40,308 nt of DNA, taken from contig JBGAJQ010000047.1 of NCBI GenBank assembly GCA_044224875.1, forward strand, positions 1 to 40,308. Direction: 5' to 3'. Below the pieces are notes generated by a model, which searched no databases, was not told the DNA's origin, and worked only from the letters and a program-made list of their open reading frames with translations. Positions 25,705 to 35,598 of this stretch are shown piece by piece (position 1 is the stretch's first letter; each line of letters begins with the position of its first letter). The position numbers and the translations under genes were made by a program. The DNA comes from Gemmatimonadaceae bacterium. Lineage in GTDB: Bacteria; Gemmatimonadota; Gemmatimonadetes; Gemmatimonadales; Gemmatimonadaceae.

Positions 25705-27831
25705 TCAGTATTCCGTGAGCGCGTCCTCCCGAGTGAATGCGAGCGGTGCTGGCCGTTGTGTCCCGTCGGGGTCAAGCTGGCAGTGCAGGAGTGCCCCGTC
25801 GCGCGCTCGCCCAAATACATCGAGGCGCCTCCCGCCAGGCACAACCGATGCCGTGATCGCCGGTGAGTCGACAATCTCTCCTCCCAGACTGCGCCACTGC
25901 GTCAGGCTTGGCGTCCAGCTGTTGCCGAGCCATGCCTTGTGCCACACATGCCCGTCGCCATCACGGGCCACGATGTCCAGCGTATTGAGCATTGGCGCCA
26001 ACACGATCGGCTGGCCGGTGAAGGTGCCGCCCTGGTACTCCCACCACCCATTCCACGCGCCGCCGTCGAACCACTGGTGGTAGATCGCGTTGTCGGTGCC
26101 GCGCACGACCAGGTCGAGTCGTCCGAAGCCCCACGATGCCATGGACGGGGGGGCCGCGACCTCGCCGGCGATCGGTTGCCATGCAGACCACGTCCCGGCG
26201 TTCAGGGTCGCGTGCGCGAGGCTCCGGTCGTCCTTCCACACGACGACGTCGAGCCTGAACGGCTGCGGTGGCACGACGGCAGGCGCACCCATGCACTGCG
26301 TGGCGATCGACCTCCACGTACCCCACATCCCGTTGCTGTTGGCCGCCCACCAGAGCGTTCCGTCAGCGGCAACTGCAAATGCGTCCAAGGTTCCTGGCGC
26401 GCTCGACGCGACCACCGGCCCCCATGCGAAGCGACGCGACGTCAGTGCGTTCCACCCCAACGCGGGAGCCCATACGCCGCCTCGGAAGGCCTTGTGAAAG
26501 GCCTGTCCATCGAAGTCCCGTGCGACGAGGTCAATCTCTCCCCCGGCACCTGCAACGACGCTGAGCTCCTCGACGTATCCGCCCAACCACTCCCACCGCG
26601 GTCGCAACGCAAAGGACTCTCCGGTCCACTCGCCGAACCATGGTGAACTGGTGCAGTCCTGCATGACAACACTTGGAGTGCCCGCGATCGAGCACACGGC
26701 GGGCCGACGAGCCACCCATGTCGACGCCCGCGTCACCAGGTGGTTCCGATTGCCGTGCTCCAGCGCCACACGCATCCGAACGAACTGCTGCGGGCTGAAT
26801 CGATCAGCCTGCGGACATCCCTTGAAGTACGACATGAGAAGGCGGCGGTCGGGCTCTATCCGGTACGTGCGCGTTGCGCCTGACGCGAAGGTCACGGGCA
26901 CGTCGACGAAGTCAGGTGCGCCGCACGCGCTCCCGTTGGCATTCGTGAACAGTGTCGGACCGGCATCGGGCGGAGTGTCCACGATAAACGGCAAGTCAGC
27001 GTCGAATACCCGGAGGGCTTCGTTGACGTCCACACCCCATCGATCGACGGCGTCCTTGAGGATCGTCGCAGCCGCCGCCACGGTGTCCGGCATGGATCCC
27101 ATGGTGTGCTGCAGGTGCAGGTAGTGGCCGATCTCGTGCGCGAGCGTCTGTGGGTCGATCGAGCCGTTAGGCGTCCGCCAGTACACGGCAGCCGTCGCCA
27201 CGTATTCCGCCGAGACCGATGAGTAGTGATAGCCCCGCTCCTGAATCACCCACGTGCCGTTCTGGAACGTGAGCTGGCTTCCCAAGCTGATGTAGACCAC
27301 CAGTTTGCCCAGGTGCTGACGCGCGACTCGCTGCCGCTCCGCCTGGAAGCGTGAGGAATCGACGGCTGGCTCGATCGTCTGCGGGTTCGACAAGCTCCCG
27401 GCGTCGATCAACTCCCAGTCCTGGTCGAGCAGCGTGTTGTCCTCCACCGCGAAGTCCGCCTGTGGGTCATAGACAAACTCGATCCGGCCCGGCTGGAAGA
27501 AGGCGTTCATGGCCGTGACGACTGGCGTCAACAGCGCTGGATTGTACTGGATGCTCGCCGTGGTCGCGATGAACTGCAGGCGTATGACTCGGAGGCCAGG
27601 AGGACGGCGCGGACGGGGCGGTATGGGTCGTGGGATACGGTGCGGCAGTTTGTGCGGCAGCCCATCGATCGGATGGGGCGCTGGACGCGGTGGCCGGCCG
27701 AAGTGCGCAGGCAACGGACGCGGCCGGCCTGGTAAACCGGCGTCGTTAGGCCGGTCGACGACCGGTACATCAGCTTCGGCGACGCGCGTCCTCGGCGATC
27801 GTGGTCGCTTGGCCGGCTTCTTCGGGCTCAT
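25705..27831 (-). CDS. Metzincin (M43/ulilysin-like) metalloprotease fused to a Trp-rich PLL/fucose-lectin-like beta-propeller
   Basis: LAHEIGHYLHLQH zinc motif, DTPPD, Met-turn LLMSY, FSPQQ..RM; C-terminal repeats of the type W..LGG....P....S...RLD..VRG.D..LYH.W. Confidence 0.78.
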   Translation of the reverse strand: MSPKKPAKRPRSPRTRVAEADVPVVDRPNDAGLPGRPRPLPAHFGRPPRPAPHPIDGLPHKLPHRIPRPIPPRPRRPPGLRVIRLQFIATTASIQYNPALLTPVVTAMNAFFQPGRIEFVYDPQADFAVEDNTLLDQDWELIDAGSLSNPQTIEPAVDSSRFQAERQRVARQHLGKLVVYISLGSQLTFQNGTWVIQERGYHYSSVSAEYVATAAVYWRTPNGSIDPQTLAHEIGHYLHLQHTMGSMPDTVAAAATILKDAVDRWGVDVNEALRVFDADLPFIVDTPPDAGPTLFTNANGSACGAPDFVDVPVTFASGATRTYRIEPDRRLLMSYFKGCPQADRFSPQQFVRMRVALEHGNRNHLVTRASTWVARRPAVCSIAGTPSVVMQDCTSSPWFGEWTGESFALRPRWEWLGGYVEELSVVAGAGGEIDLVARDFDGQAFHKAFRGGVWAPALGWNALTSRRFAWGPVVASSAPGTLDAFAVAADGTLWWAANSNGMWGTWRSIATQCMGAPAVVPPQPFRLDVVVWKDDRSLAHATLNAGTWSAWQPIAGEVAAPPSMASWGFGRLDLVVRGTDNAIYHQWFDGGAWNGWWEYQGGTFTGQPIVLAPMLNTLDIVARDGDGHVWHKAWLGNSWTPSLTQWRSLGGEIVDSPAITASVVPGGRRLDVFGRARDGALLHCQLDPDGTQRPAPLAFTREDALTEY

Positions 27832-27968
27832 CGGTCTCTCTCGCAGTGCGTTGCGACTGGCAGCCCGTGCACCCGATCGGACGCAGCGAGCTTCCAGTCT
27901 TCACTAAGAGAGTGCGAAGTTCGCGAGCGAATCCTGACATTGGCGCCGCGCGGCGCATACTTGAGCGG

Positions 27969-29639
27969 TCAAGGATCCTGCACCGGTATCGTGAACAACT
28001 GGCGTCCCCAGATGCCTCGCAACCGATGAATCCTCCCCTCCATCAGCCGCACGTCGCCAAACTCAGCGAACAACCGAATTCGGTCGAACGGCGCCGTGGG
28101 AAAGAATACCTCCGTCATCGTGGTGAGCCCGCCATCGGCAAATAACTCGGCGGAGGCCACATCGAGCAGTAGGTGCATGCGCACGGTGGAGTCCGTCGCG
28201 GCCGTCGGGGCAACGCTCACTCGGGGAGCGAACTCCTTGGCGAAGCTGGTATCGCCGGACTTCGTCCGGTCGCTGAACCACTGCTGGTTTCGGGCGTCGA
28301 AGCCAACACGATAGGACTCGCCTCGGGCGTTGCGTAATTCCACACCGAACGAGGCGTGGGCGATCGCTCCTGGCACGAAGACGAGCTCCAGTTCCAGGAG
28401 TTGTGGCCCGGCGCCAGCCACTTCCGTCAGCTCCAATAGGCTGTCGATCGGCTGCGCGGTGAGCGACGTCGTCTGCGTCCGCAGGCTCGCCAGCTCTGCC
28501 ACCGGGGCGACGCGCAACCGGTAGCCCCGCGTCGTATGCACCAGGGCGAGCTCCCGAGGAATCGTCATGGCGCTTCGCCACGTCTGCGTAGGCACACGCG
28601 TGGCGTACTGCCAGTTGCTCATCCACCCGAGAAACAGTCGTCGGCCGTCTGGCGCATTGGCCCACGTCACGCCGGCATAGTCATCGCGACCGTAGTCGAG
28701 CCACCGAGCCTTCCCGTCCTTCAGCTCCTCGGCAAACGGTGGATCCACCGTGAAACGCGTGCCATCGAAGTCGCCGACAAAGTACTGTGTTCCGGTTCCA
28801 CCGTTCGGGTGCCCCTGCCCCACACTTTGCAGGAGAACCCAGCGCTGCTCCCCGGTCCCCTCGACGGTCATCGGGAAGAAGTCGGGGCACTCCCATACGC
28901 CGTCATGGCTTCCAAGCCCCTTCCCGAACTCACTCAGCTTTGTCCACGTCGTGAGGTTGGGCGACCCCCAGAACTCGGCGTGATCCCCGGCCGCGAGCAC
29001 CACCACCCAGCGAGCGCGGTCGGCATCCCACGTGACCTTCGGGTCGCGAAAGTCGCGCGTCGAACCGGGATTCGGGATCACCGGGTTCGCCGCGTACTTG
29101 GTCCACGAGCGCCCATCGTCCACTGACCAGGCGATCGCCTGTGACTGGAAGTTGCTGCTGCCGGCCTTCTCGCCGGCCATGTTGTGATACGTGAACATCG
29201 CCACCAGGGGCGGCTTATTAGTCGCGCCAAGACGGCTGGTGTTTGCCGAATCGACCACGGCTGACCCTGAGAAGATGTAACCGAGTGTATCGGGGCGCAG
29301 TGCGATCGGCTGCGGCGTCCAGTGCAGCAGATCGCGGCTGACGGCGTGTCCCCAGTGCATAGGACCCCAGACCGTGGAGTCCGGATAGTACTGGTAGAAC
29401 AGGTGGTACATCCCCGCATGGTAGACCAAACCGTTCGGGTCGTTCATCCATCCGGACGCCGGCGAAAAGTGCAATTGCGGCCGGTGGGGCTCGTTGTAAC
29501 TAAGCCCTGCATCGGTGGTACGGTCGGCGCGCGGTTGCTCCTGCCGACAACCAGTGACCACGGCCAGTACGCCTCCCAGCCAAAGGGCACCGAACGGCGA
29601 CCATCGTCGATTCCGGCGGCTTGGTCCGACCGTCCGCAT
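27969..29639 (-). CDS. Glycoside hydrolase family 32 (levanase/beta-fructosidase), lipoprotein
   Basis: WMNDPNG, MHWGHAVS.DL, FSGSAV, FRDPKV, WECPD; lipobox-like VVTG-C; GAGGAG RBS before ATG 29639. Confidence 0.94.
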   Translation of the reverse strand: MRTVGPSRRNRRWSPFGALWLGGVLAVVTGCRQEQPRADRTTDAGLSYNEPHRPQLHFSPASGWMNDPNGLVYHAGMYHLFYQYYPDSTVWGPMHWGHAVSRDLLHWTPQPIALRPDTLGYIFSGSAVVDSANTSRLGATNKPPLVAMFTYHNMAGEKAGSSNFQSQAIAWSVDDGRSWTKYAANPVIPNPGSTRDFRDPKVTWDADRARWVVVLAAGDHAEFWGSPNLTTWTKLSEFGKGLGSHDGVWECPDFFPMTVEGTGEQRWVLLQSVGQGHPNGGTGTQYFVGDFDGTRFTVDPPFAEELKDGKARWLDYGRDDYAGVTWANAPDGRRLFLGWMSNWQYATRVPTQTWRSAMTIPRELALVHTTRGYRLRVAPVAELASLRTQTTSLTAQPIDSLLELTEVAGAGPQLLELELVFVPGAIAHASFGVELRNARGESYRVGFDARNQQWFSDRTKSGDTSFAKEFAPRVSVAPTAATDSTVRMHLLLDVASAELFADGGLTTMTEVFFPTAPFDRIRLFAEFGDVRLMEGRIHRLRGIWGRQLFTIPVQDP

Positions 29640-30066
29640 GTTTCGCTCCTCGTTAGGGCGTTCTTGCCGCACCCCTCGACAGGGTGCGGCTCGGTCATGG
29701 CGGCATGCCGTGACAGCGGCATGCGTCGGCGTTTTGTCTCTGCTGAGGCGCGACTGCCATCGACTCATTGTTGAACCCGACGCTGTCGGCGACTGCAAAC
29801 GCTACTCCACGGGAAGTCGAGGCGCGACCCCTGGGCGCTGTCCCCTTTCCTCCCAACAGGCTTCCGCTTTGAAGGGACACGATCAGGAAGTGGACGAACA
29901 GCTTCAACGCCTCGGTGCGGCCAGACGATAAGCGAGGATGCTCAACAGGATTTCGCCGATCCGACGAGTGTTGCTCTCTGCGGTGTTTCAGGTGCATCAT
30001 GCCACGTAACGCGGCAAGGCACGCCGACGGCGTGATCGCTCGCAGGGGACTTTCACGGAGAACGGG

Positions 30067-31002
30067 ATGACGGGTTCGAACGTGTCGCGCCTAACACTTG
30101 CTGTGCTCGCCTTCGCCACGTTGTCCGAGTCGGCGCATGCGCAGGGCCTCATGGACAAACTCAAGAAGGCTGCGAAGGGCAAGGAGTATACGGTTCGGGG
30201 ACGAGTGCGCGTGCAGGATGGTAGATGGCTCACCTGCTTTGACGGCATCAAGACCGGGTACCTCGGTGCCGCCGACATGGCGCGGCCGGGCGACGCCAAG
30301 GTGGACCCCGCGACCGGCCAGATGAAGGTCACCACGGCGGCGATTCCCACCGTGATCATGACGCGCAAAGGCATCGTCACGTCGAACGACTGCGACTCCC
30401 TGGCAGAACAGGGGCTGCTGCTCCTCCCCGCTCCGGAGGGAAAGGGAGACACCGGCTATAGCGACCCGTACGGTTGCACGCGTTCCGAGTGGACCAAGGA
30501 CGAGGTCATCGCGCATCGGCGAGAGATCATGGATTGCCAGGCTGACTCGATCACGGAGCGCGCCTTCCGGCGAAACGCAGGTAGGTCGTCCGGGGCTGCC
30601 ACCGCGGCGTCAACCACGAGCGCACCCGATACCGCGGCGCTCGCGGCGCAGTTCAAGGCGATCCAGTCTCAGGCCGCCGTTCCGGCGATACCTGCTCCGA
30701 CGAAGAACACGGAAGCTCTGGCGGCCGATGGTGCCAAGGTTTGCGGATTGAAGGCCCCGTACATGCTGAAACTGAGGGACGAGGCCGTCGCGTTCATCCG
30801 CTACGACGCCGCCAAGGGAGTTGTCGTGCTGTCGGAGCTGTCGGGCGGGGAGCGCCACATGGTGCAAGTGGACGGCAACGGGTTCGCCCAACGTGCATCG
30901 TTCAATGCGCAGGCAATCGGGCAAGGGGGAGACACCTGCGGACGCGCATTCTGGAACGCCGAGGCTTACAAGGCGGCCAGCGCGGCGATGAGCGGAAAAT
31001 AG
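30067..31002 (+). CDS. Secreted hypothetical protein with six cysteines
   Basis: GGAG RBS; signal peptide ending AHA-Q; GLMDKLKKAA; Ala/Thr/Ser-rich central linker; no family recognised. Confidence 0.75.
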   Translation: MTGSNVSRLTLAVLAFATLSESAHAQGLMDKLKKAAKGKEYTVRGRVRVQDGRWLTCFDGIKTGYLGAADMARPGDAKVDPATGQMKVTTAAIPTVIMTRKGIVTSNDCDSLAEQGLLLLPAPEGKGDTGYSDPYGCTRSEWTKDEVIAHRREIMDCQADSITERAFRRNAGRSSGAATAASTTSAPDTAALAAQFKAIQSQAAVPAIPAPTKNTEALAADGAKVCGLKAPYMLKLRDEAVAFIRYDAAKGVVVLSELSGGERHMVQVDGNGFAQRASFNAQAIGQGGDTCGRAFWNAEAYKAASAAMSGK

Positions 31003-31100
31003 GTCCGCGATTTGACGGACGCCGAAAGCGTGGGAACGTTGCGATGCAGTCCAGCAGCGCGACAACCGACGTTGTGGTCGTCTTGCGAAACGCGGCCAAG

Positions 31101-32294
31101 CTAGAATCGCACCACCGCGCTCGGCGACGGCAACTCGTTCTTTCGATGCTGTTCGCTCGGAGAGGCGCTCGCCCACGGCACCTTCCCGAACGAGTCCAGC
31201 GACGAGAACGCTCCCAGCAGCTCAAAGGCGTCGAAGACGTACGGCACCCCTTCCGCGCCTAACGGGCTGGCCGCGTCGCCGACGTGAAAATGCAGATGCG
31301 GTCCTGTGGAGTCGCCGGTATAGCCCAAGGCGCCGATGACGTCCCCGCGCCTGACGCGATCCCCAACATGCACACGGACGCTGCCGGGTTTCAGGTGTTC
31401 GTAGAATGCAAACCGCCCATTCCCGAGGTCGAGCACGATGTAGTTACCGGCGGCATCTGTCGGCGCGTGCTTCGTATACACCGAAACGAGCGTGGCTTCT
31501 GCCATGCCATCGCGCGTTGCCGCGACGGTGGCATCGGCCACCGCGAGCACATCGGCTCCGTAGCCAAGCCAGGTGCTCACGCGGTCTTGATCGCCAAGCG
31601 TTAGGCGACCCGCGTCGTCGAGTTTCATGAAGTCGATCGCGTACCGCCCCGGCAGGCGTGCGCACCCGTCGACGGTGTAGTAGACGCGCCGGTGCCCCCG
31701 TTCCCATGACGGATTGTAGATTGCTGCCCAAGGCCCGCCCGCGAGTGGAGGGCCGAGAACGACTGGCGTGGTGCGGGAGACTTCCACCGTGAGTGTTGTC
31801 TGGCCGTTCGCCTTCGTGCGCAAGTTCACGTGAGAGAGCCGGTTCATGAGCGACGTCGGCGCGTCAACCCCCTCGAAGGGAACCTCCAGGTAGATGACTG
31901 CCCACTGCATGGGGGCGATCGTTCGCCGCTGACCCTGACTTCCAACGCCGGACGGGCCGAGACGCGCCTCGAGCGAGTCGCCCTGAACGATCATTGCGTT
32001 CGCACGTCCGTCCAGGATCTCGAGTGTGCGAAGAGCGACCGAGTCAGCTGTGGTGTTCGTGACGTGCAGCTCATACGAGAGATACACGGCGCCACGCACG
32101 GGAACCGGTACAGGCGCAACCGGTACGCGCAGCGCGAGCATCTCATCCTCGTTGCTGCGTTGAGCATCCCCACGCTCGAGAGCGCACTCGGCACGGACTT
32201 GAAGGTTGGCCGCCACCCGAGGGCCGACTTCTCCCATGCTTCCGTGCAAGGCGGTCAACATCGCGAGCGACGCTTGCGCCAGCACCCTCGTCAT
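31101..32294 (-). CDS. M23 family metallopeptidase
   Basis: YELH.TN N-domain; RYAIDF, VLAVAD..V, GNYIVL, FYEHLK.GS, G.TGDSTGPHLHF. Confidence 0.87.
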   Translation of the reverse strand: MTRVLAQASLAMLTALHGSMGEVGPRVAANLQVRAECALERGDAQRSNEDEMLALRVPVAPVPVPVRGAVYLSYELHVTNTTADSVALRTLEILDGRANAMIVQGDSLEARLGPSGVGSQGQRRTIAPMQWAVIYLEVPFEGVDAPTSLMNRLSHVNLRTKANGQTTLTVEVSRTTPVVLGPPLAGGPWAAIYNPSWERGHRRVYYTVDGCARLPGRYAIDFMKLDDAGRLTLGDQDRVSTWLGYGADVLAVADATVAATRDGMAEATLVSVYTKHAPTDAAGNYIVLDLGNGRFAFYEHLKPGSVRVHVGDRVRRGDVIGALGYTGDSTGPHLHFHVGDAASPLGAEGVPYVFDAFELLGAFSSLDSFGKVPWASASPSEQHRKNELPSPSAVVRF

Positions 32295-32565
32295 CGGGCC
32301 CGTGGCGAGTGCTGAGGACGGCGACTATTCGAGAGTGCTGCGTTTCGATCAGGCGTACTCGTCTCGGTCATTCGATCCCTCGGCTGCGTGACGACGTGAT
32401 GGCCGGTTGATTCCCGGTTCGCGGGTCAATATGCGCGACGTCGCACGAACAGGCGACGCGCGAGCTCTCCCGGCACGGGTACCAGCACCGGATTCCGACC
32501 GCGTGGGATCAACATCGAACTTCTCCTCATCTGCGCAACAGACACGAGCGCGACGGCCTGCTGAC

Positions 32566-32609
32566 TTGCGCGATCCCGCCCTCAAAGATAAGTTCGGATA
32601 CCCTAACTT
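32566..32609 (+). promoter_or_regulatory. Promoter overlapped by a DtxR/MntR-like palindromic box
   Basis: TTGCGC (32566-32571), 17 nt, TAAGTT (32589-32594); palindrome aagttcggataccctaactt (32590-32609, 16/20 positions symmetric, core resembles TTAGGnnnnCCTAA). Confidence 0.55.
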
Positions 32610-32653
32610 TCACTCAAGGCGCGCCTACTTTTAGGCGGCTCAATTCCTCGCCC

Positions 32654-33855
32654 ATGTGTGTTGGCCGATTGCTTGTTCTTGTCGCCTTACTCTCCAGCTG
32701 CAGCCAGTTGACCACTGAGGCGCCAGCAGACGGGGAGGTATTTGACGCTCCTGTCGATGGGTTGAGCCCCGAAGAATTGGCCGCGTTTACGCGTGGCGAC
32801 GGCGAGTTTGGCCGCCGCTTCTCGCCAAGCAGCGGGCTAGGGCCGGTGTTCAACAACGTATCGTGCCTCTCCTGTCACAGCGGGGACGGGCGCGGAGAAC
32901 TCCGCAACGCGTTGCAGCGCATCGGTTCGCCGGGCGATGATTTTCTTCGGTCGCTAGGCGGCCCGCAAATCCAGGACAAGGCGATCCCCGGCGCGGTGGC
33001 TGAACGCCTTCCGACCGGCGTGCACGTATCCCTGCGATTGCCGCCACCGGTATTTGGCGTCGGTTTGATCGAGGCAATCCCCCAGGCGACGATCCTCGCA
33101 CTCGCCGATCCGGACGATCAGAACGGCGATGGCATATCCGGACGTGCGAACCTGGTCACGCCAGCCGACTACACGTCGGCTGGTGAACCTGGCGGTGGGA
33201 CAGGCACGGCGCGCCTCGGGCGCTTCGGTCGCAAGGCGCAAGTCTCCAACCTGCTCGAACAGGTGACCGAGGCGTACCATCAGGACATGGGGATCACGTC
33301 GGACTTCCGCCCTAACGAGAATGGCAACCCGCTCTCCGGGCTCCCCTCCACCGGGGGCGACCTGGTGCCCGACCCGGAGGTCTCTGCCGCGACCGTGCGC
33401 AGTGTCGTGCAGTACATTCGATCGCTTGCCCCGCCTGGGCCCGGTACCGATACACCCGCGCGCGTGGAAGGACGACGGTTGTTCACGTCGATCGGGTGCG
33501 AGGCGTGTCACGTCACGGCGCTCCAGTCGGGAACGAGCGTGGTCGCCGCGCTCTCGAATCGTCGCGTGGAGCTGTACTCCGACCTGCTCCTCCACGATGG
33601 GCGAGGCAGCGAAGTGACCATCGACTCGACGGCATGGCCGACGGCCGCGAATGGCGTACGACTCCCCTATGGGGACTGCGACTCATGCGACAGTTCCTCA
33701 ACGGGCAGGTGTTGCTGCTGCACGATGGCCGAGCGCGCAGCGTGGAGGAAGCCATCCTGCTTCATGGTGGGGAGGCGCAAGGAGCGCGCGATCGCTTTGC
33801 CGGCTTGCCGGCATCCTCGAAATCAGCGGTCGTCAGTTTCGTCGAATCCCGATGA
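32654..33855 (+). pseudogene. Di-heme oxidoreductase (DHOR) family lipoprotein, frameshifted at about 33595-33612
   Basis: Lipobox LSS-C; GLGPVFNNVSCLSCH; PP.FG.GLIEAI; DPDD..GDGISGR; GRFGRKA; GCEACH; YSDLLLHD, then continues in another frame as EWRTTPLWG...LHDGRAR...EAI..HGGEA; may be a sequencing error. Confidence 0.85.
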
Positions 33856-34358
33856 GCGACACGCGCAACCATGTCGATGCACGGCTTGATGTCGGAGTCA
33901 GTGACCCGCACACCGACTCCGAGATGGATCGGCGTAAATTTGTTGAGCGATCGGTCGGGACACTCCTGGGCAGGGCATGGCTCCCGCTCCTCACCGGCTG
34001 CGCGTCCCTGGCGACGCACCCCATCACGCCGGTTGACGGACGACTGCGCCTGCGACTGGACGCCTATCCCCAATTGTCCGCGGCAGAAGGCTCGGTCATG
34101 CTCCTGCCAGTTGGCTCGGATGTTCCGGTGTACGTGATGGCGTTAGGTGAGGGACGGTTCGCGGCCCTCTCGCCCATCTGCACGCATCGCGGCTGCACGG
34201 TGCAGCTTCGGGCAGCCCGCCTCGTCTGCCCGTGCCATGGTTCGACCTACGAGCGCGACGGACGCGTGGTGCGCGGACCCGCGCGCAAGCCCCTCAACCG
34301 TTATCCCGTTGAGCTGACGGGGGGTGAAATGATCATCGACCTCCGCCAACCCGCCTGA
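33852..34358 (+). CDS. Rieske [2Fe-2S] protein, Tat-exported
   Basis: CTHRGC and CPCHGS motifs; twin-Arg DRRKF followed by LTG-C; ATGA overlap with the DHOR stop (alternative start 33924). Confidence 0.88.
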   Translation: MSDTRNHVDARLDVGVSDPHTDSEMDRRKFVERSVGTLLGRAWLPLLTGCASLATHPITPVDGRLRLRLDAYPQLSAAEGSVMLLPVGSDVPVYVMALGEGRFAALSPICTHRGCTVQLRAARLVCPCHGSTYERDGRVVRGPARKPLNRYPVELTGGEMIIDLRQPA

Positions 34359-35557
34359 TGCCGGCCCCCGCAGTCGGCAACCGCCTGAGGGCGGCGCTCA
34401 CGGTGTTTGCACTGTTCGTTGCGCCTAGCGCCTCGCGCGGCCAGGACACGACCTCGCGGCTGGACTCGATCTCTCGGCCGTTCGTGCGAGGCGGCGTGTA
34501 TGACAAGCCGTACCTCACCCATTTAGGTGGACGAACGGCAATCGGTGGATACGCGGAGGCCCACGCGCGGTGGCAACGGGTCGACGGGGTGACCGAAGAC
34601 GCCGGCTTCGAAGCGAAGCGCTTCAACCTGTTCACCAATACGCGCGTCAGCGATTTCGTGCAGATCGGTGCCGAACTCGAATTCGAGGATGGCGCCAAGG
34701 AGATCAAGCTCGAGTACGCGGCCATCGACTTCCGCATCCATCCCGCACTCACGTTGCGCGGCGGCATGCTGCTTTCCCCGTTAGGCAGGTTCAACCTTTC
34801 GCACGACAGCCCGCTGAACGAGTTTACCGATCGGCCCCTGGTGTCCACGGAGTTGCTGGGGGTGGCGCTTTCCGAACCCGGCCTCGGCGCCTACGGGCAA
34901 GTCAGCTTCGCTGGAGGATGGCGCGCGACATACGAAGTCTACGGGACCAATGGATTCAACGACGGACTCATTTCGGCGTCACCGGAGGGAACGCGCATTC
35001 CGCTCGGGCGCGGCAATTTCGAGGACAACAACGGCTCGCCGGCGCTCGTTGGGCGCCTGAGTGCGAGCCCACGCGAGGGATACGAGCTGGGTGTGTCGAT
35101 GCACCGCGGCGCGTACAACGTGTTTACCGTCGATGGCACGCGTGTGGACGAGCGGCGGGACCTCTCGATCGTCGCGCTCGATGCCGAGCTGCGACTGTTT
35201 GGTGTGATCCTGACGGGTGAGGGTTCGATGGCCTCGATCGACATCGCACCCGGGCTCCATGGCGTCTATGCTTCACGACAGCGCGGCGTCTTTCTCGAGG
35301 GAGTGCGGTCGTTTGGATCCGGGTGGCTGCCGACCATGCCGCTGTCGTCCTTCGCAGTGAAGACACGTCTCGATTACGTGGACTTCGACACGCACCGCGT
35401 CGGTCAAAGCGTAGCGCAGCTAACGGCCGGGGTGAACTTCCGCCCCACGCAGGATTCCGTGATCAAGCTCGACTACGTTCGCGGACGCCGCTACGACGAG
35501 TTCAACAACCGCAGCAACCACGCGGCCCTGCTCTTCTCGATCGCCACGTATTTCTAG
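34358..35557 (+). CDS. Outer-membrane beta-barrel porin-like protein
   Basis: Signal peptide, amphipathic beta-strands, ELEFEDG..EIKLEYA, P.GRFNL.HD, C-terminal SIATYF; TGATG coupling to the Rieske gene. Confidence 0.78.
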   Translation: MPAPAVGNRLRAALTVFALFVAPSASRGQDTTSRLDSISRPFVRGGVYDKPYLTHLGGRTAIGGYAEAHARWQRVDGVTEDAGFEAKRFNLFTNTRVSDFVQIGAELEFEDGAKEIKLEYAAIDFRIHPALTLRGGMLLSPLGRFNLSHDSPLNEFTDRPLVSTELLGVALSEPGLGAYGQVSFAGGWRATYEVYGTNGFNDGLISASPEGTRIPLGRGNFEDNNGSPALVGRLSASPREGYELGVSMHRGAYNVFTVDGTRVDERRDLSIVALDAELRLFGVILTGEGSMASIDIAPGLHGVYASRQRGVFLEGVRSFGSGWLPTMPLSSFAVKTRLDYVDFDTHRVGQSVAQLTAGVNFRPTQDSVIKLDYVRGRRYDEFNNRSNHAALLFSIATYF

Positions 35558-35598
35558 TGACGTGCGAACCTCCGTCCTGGAGGAACGCGCTGGCATAC

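Noticed and set aside
29666..29805. Hairpin (29666-29690), repeated gcggcatgc words and a LacI-like half-site tgcaaacgctac upstream of GH32
   Set aside because: Only a half match to a LacI operator, no LacI gene in the window, and short GC-rich stems arise by chance
32295..32560. Short ORFs and possible RNA structure in the M23-DHOR intergenic region
   Set aside because: No motif, RBS or convincing stem found by eye
33590..33620. Programmed ribosomal frameshift in the DHOR gene
   Set aside because: No slippery sequence, and two separate frame changes would be needed
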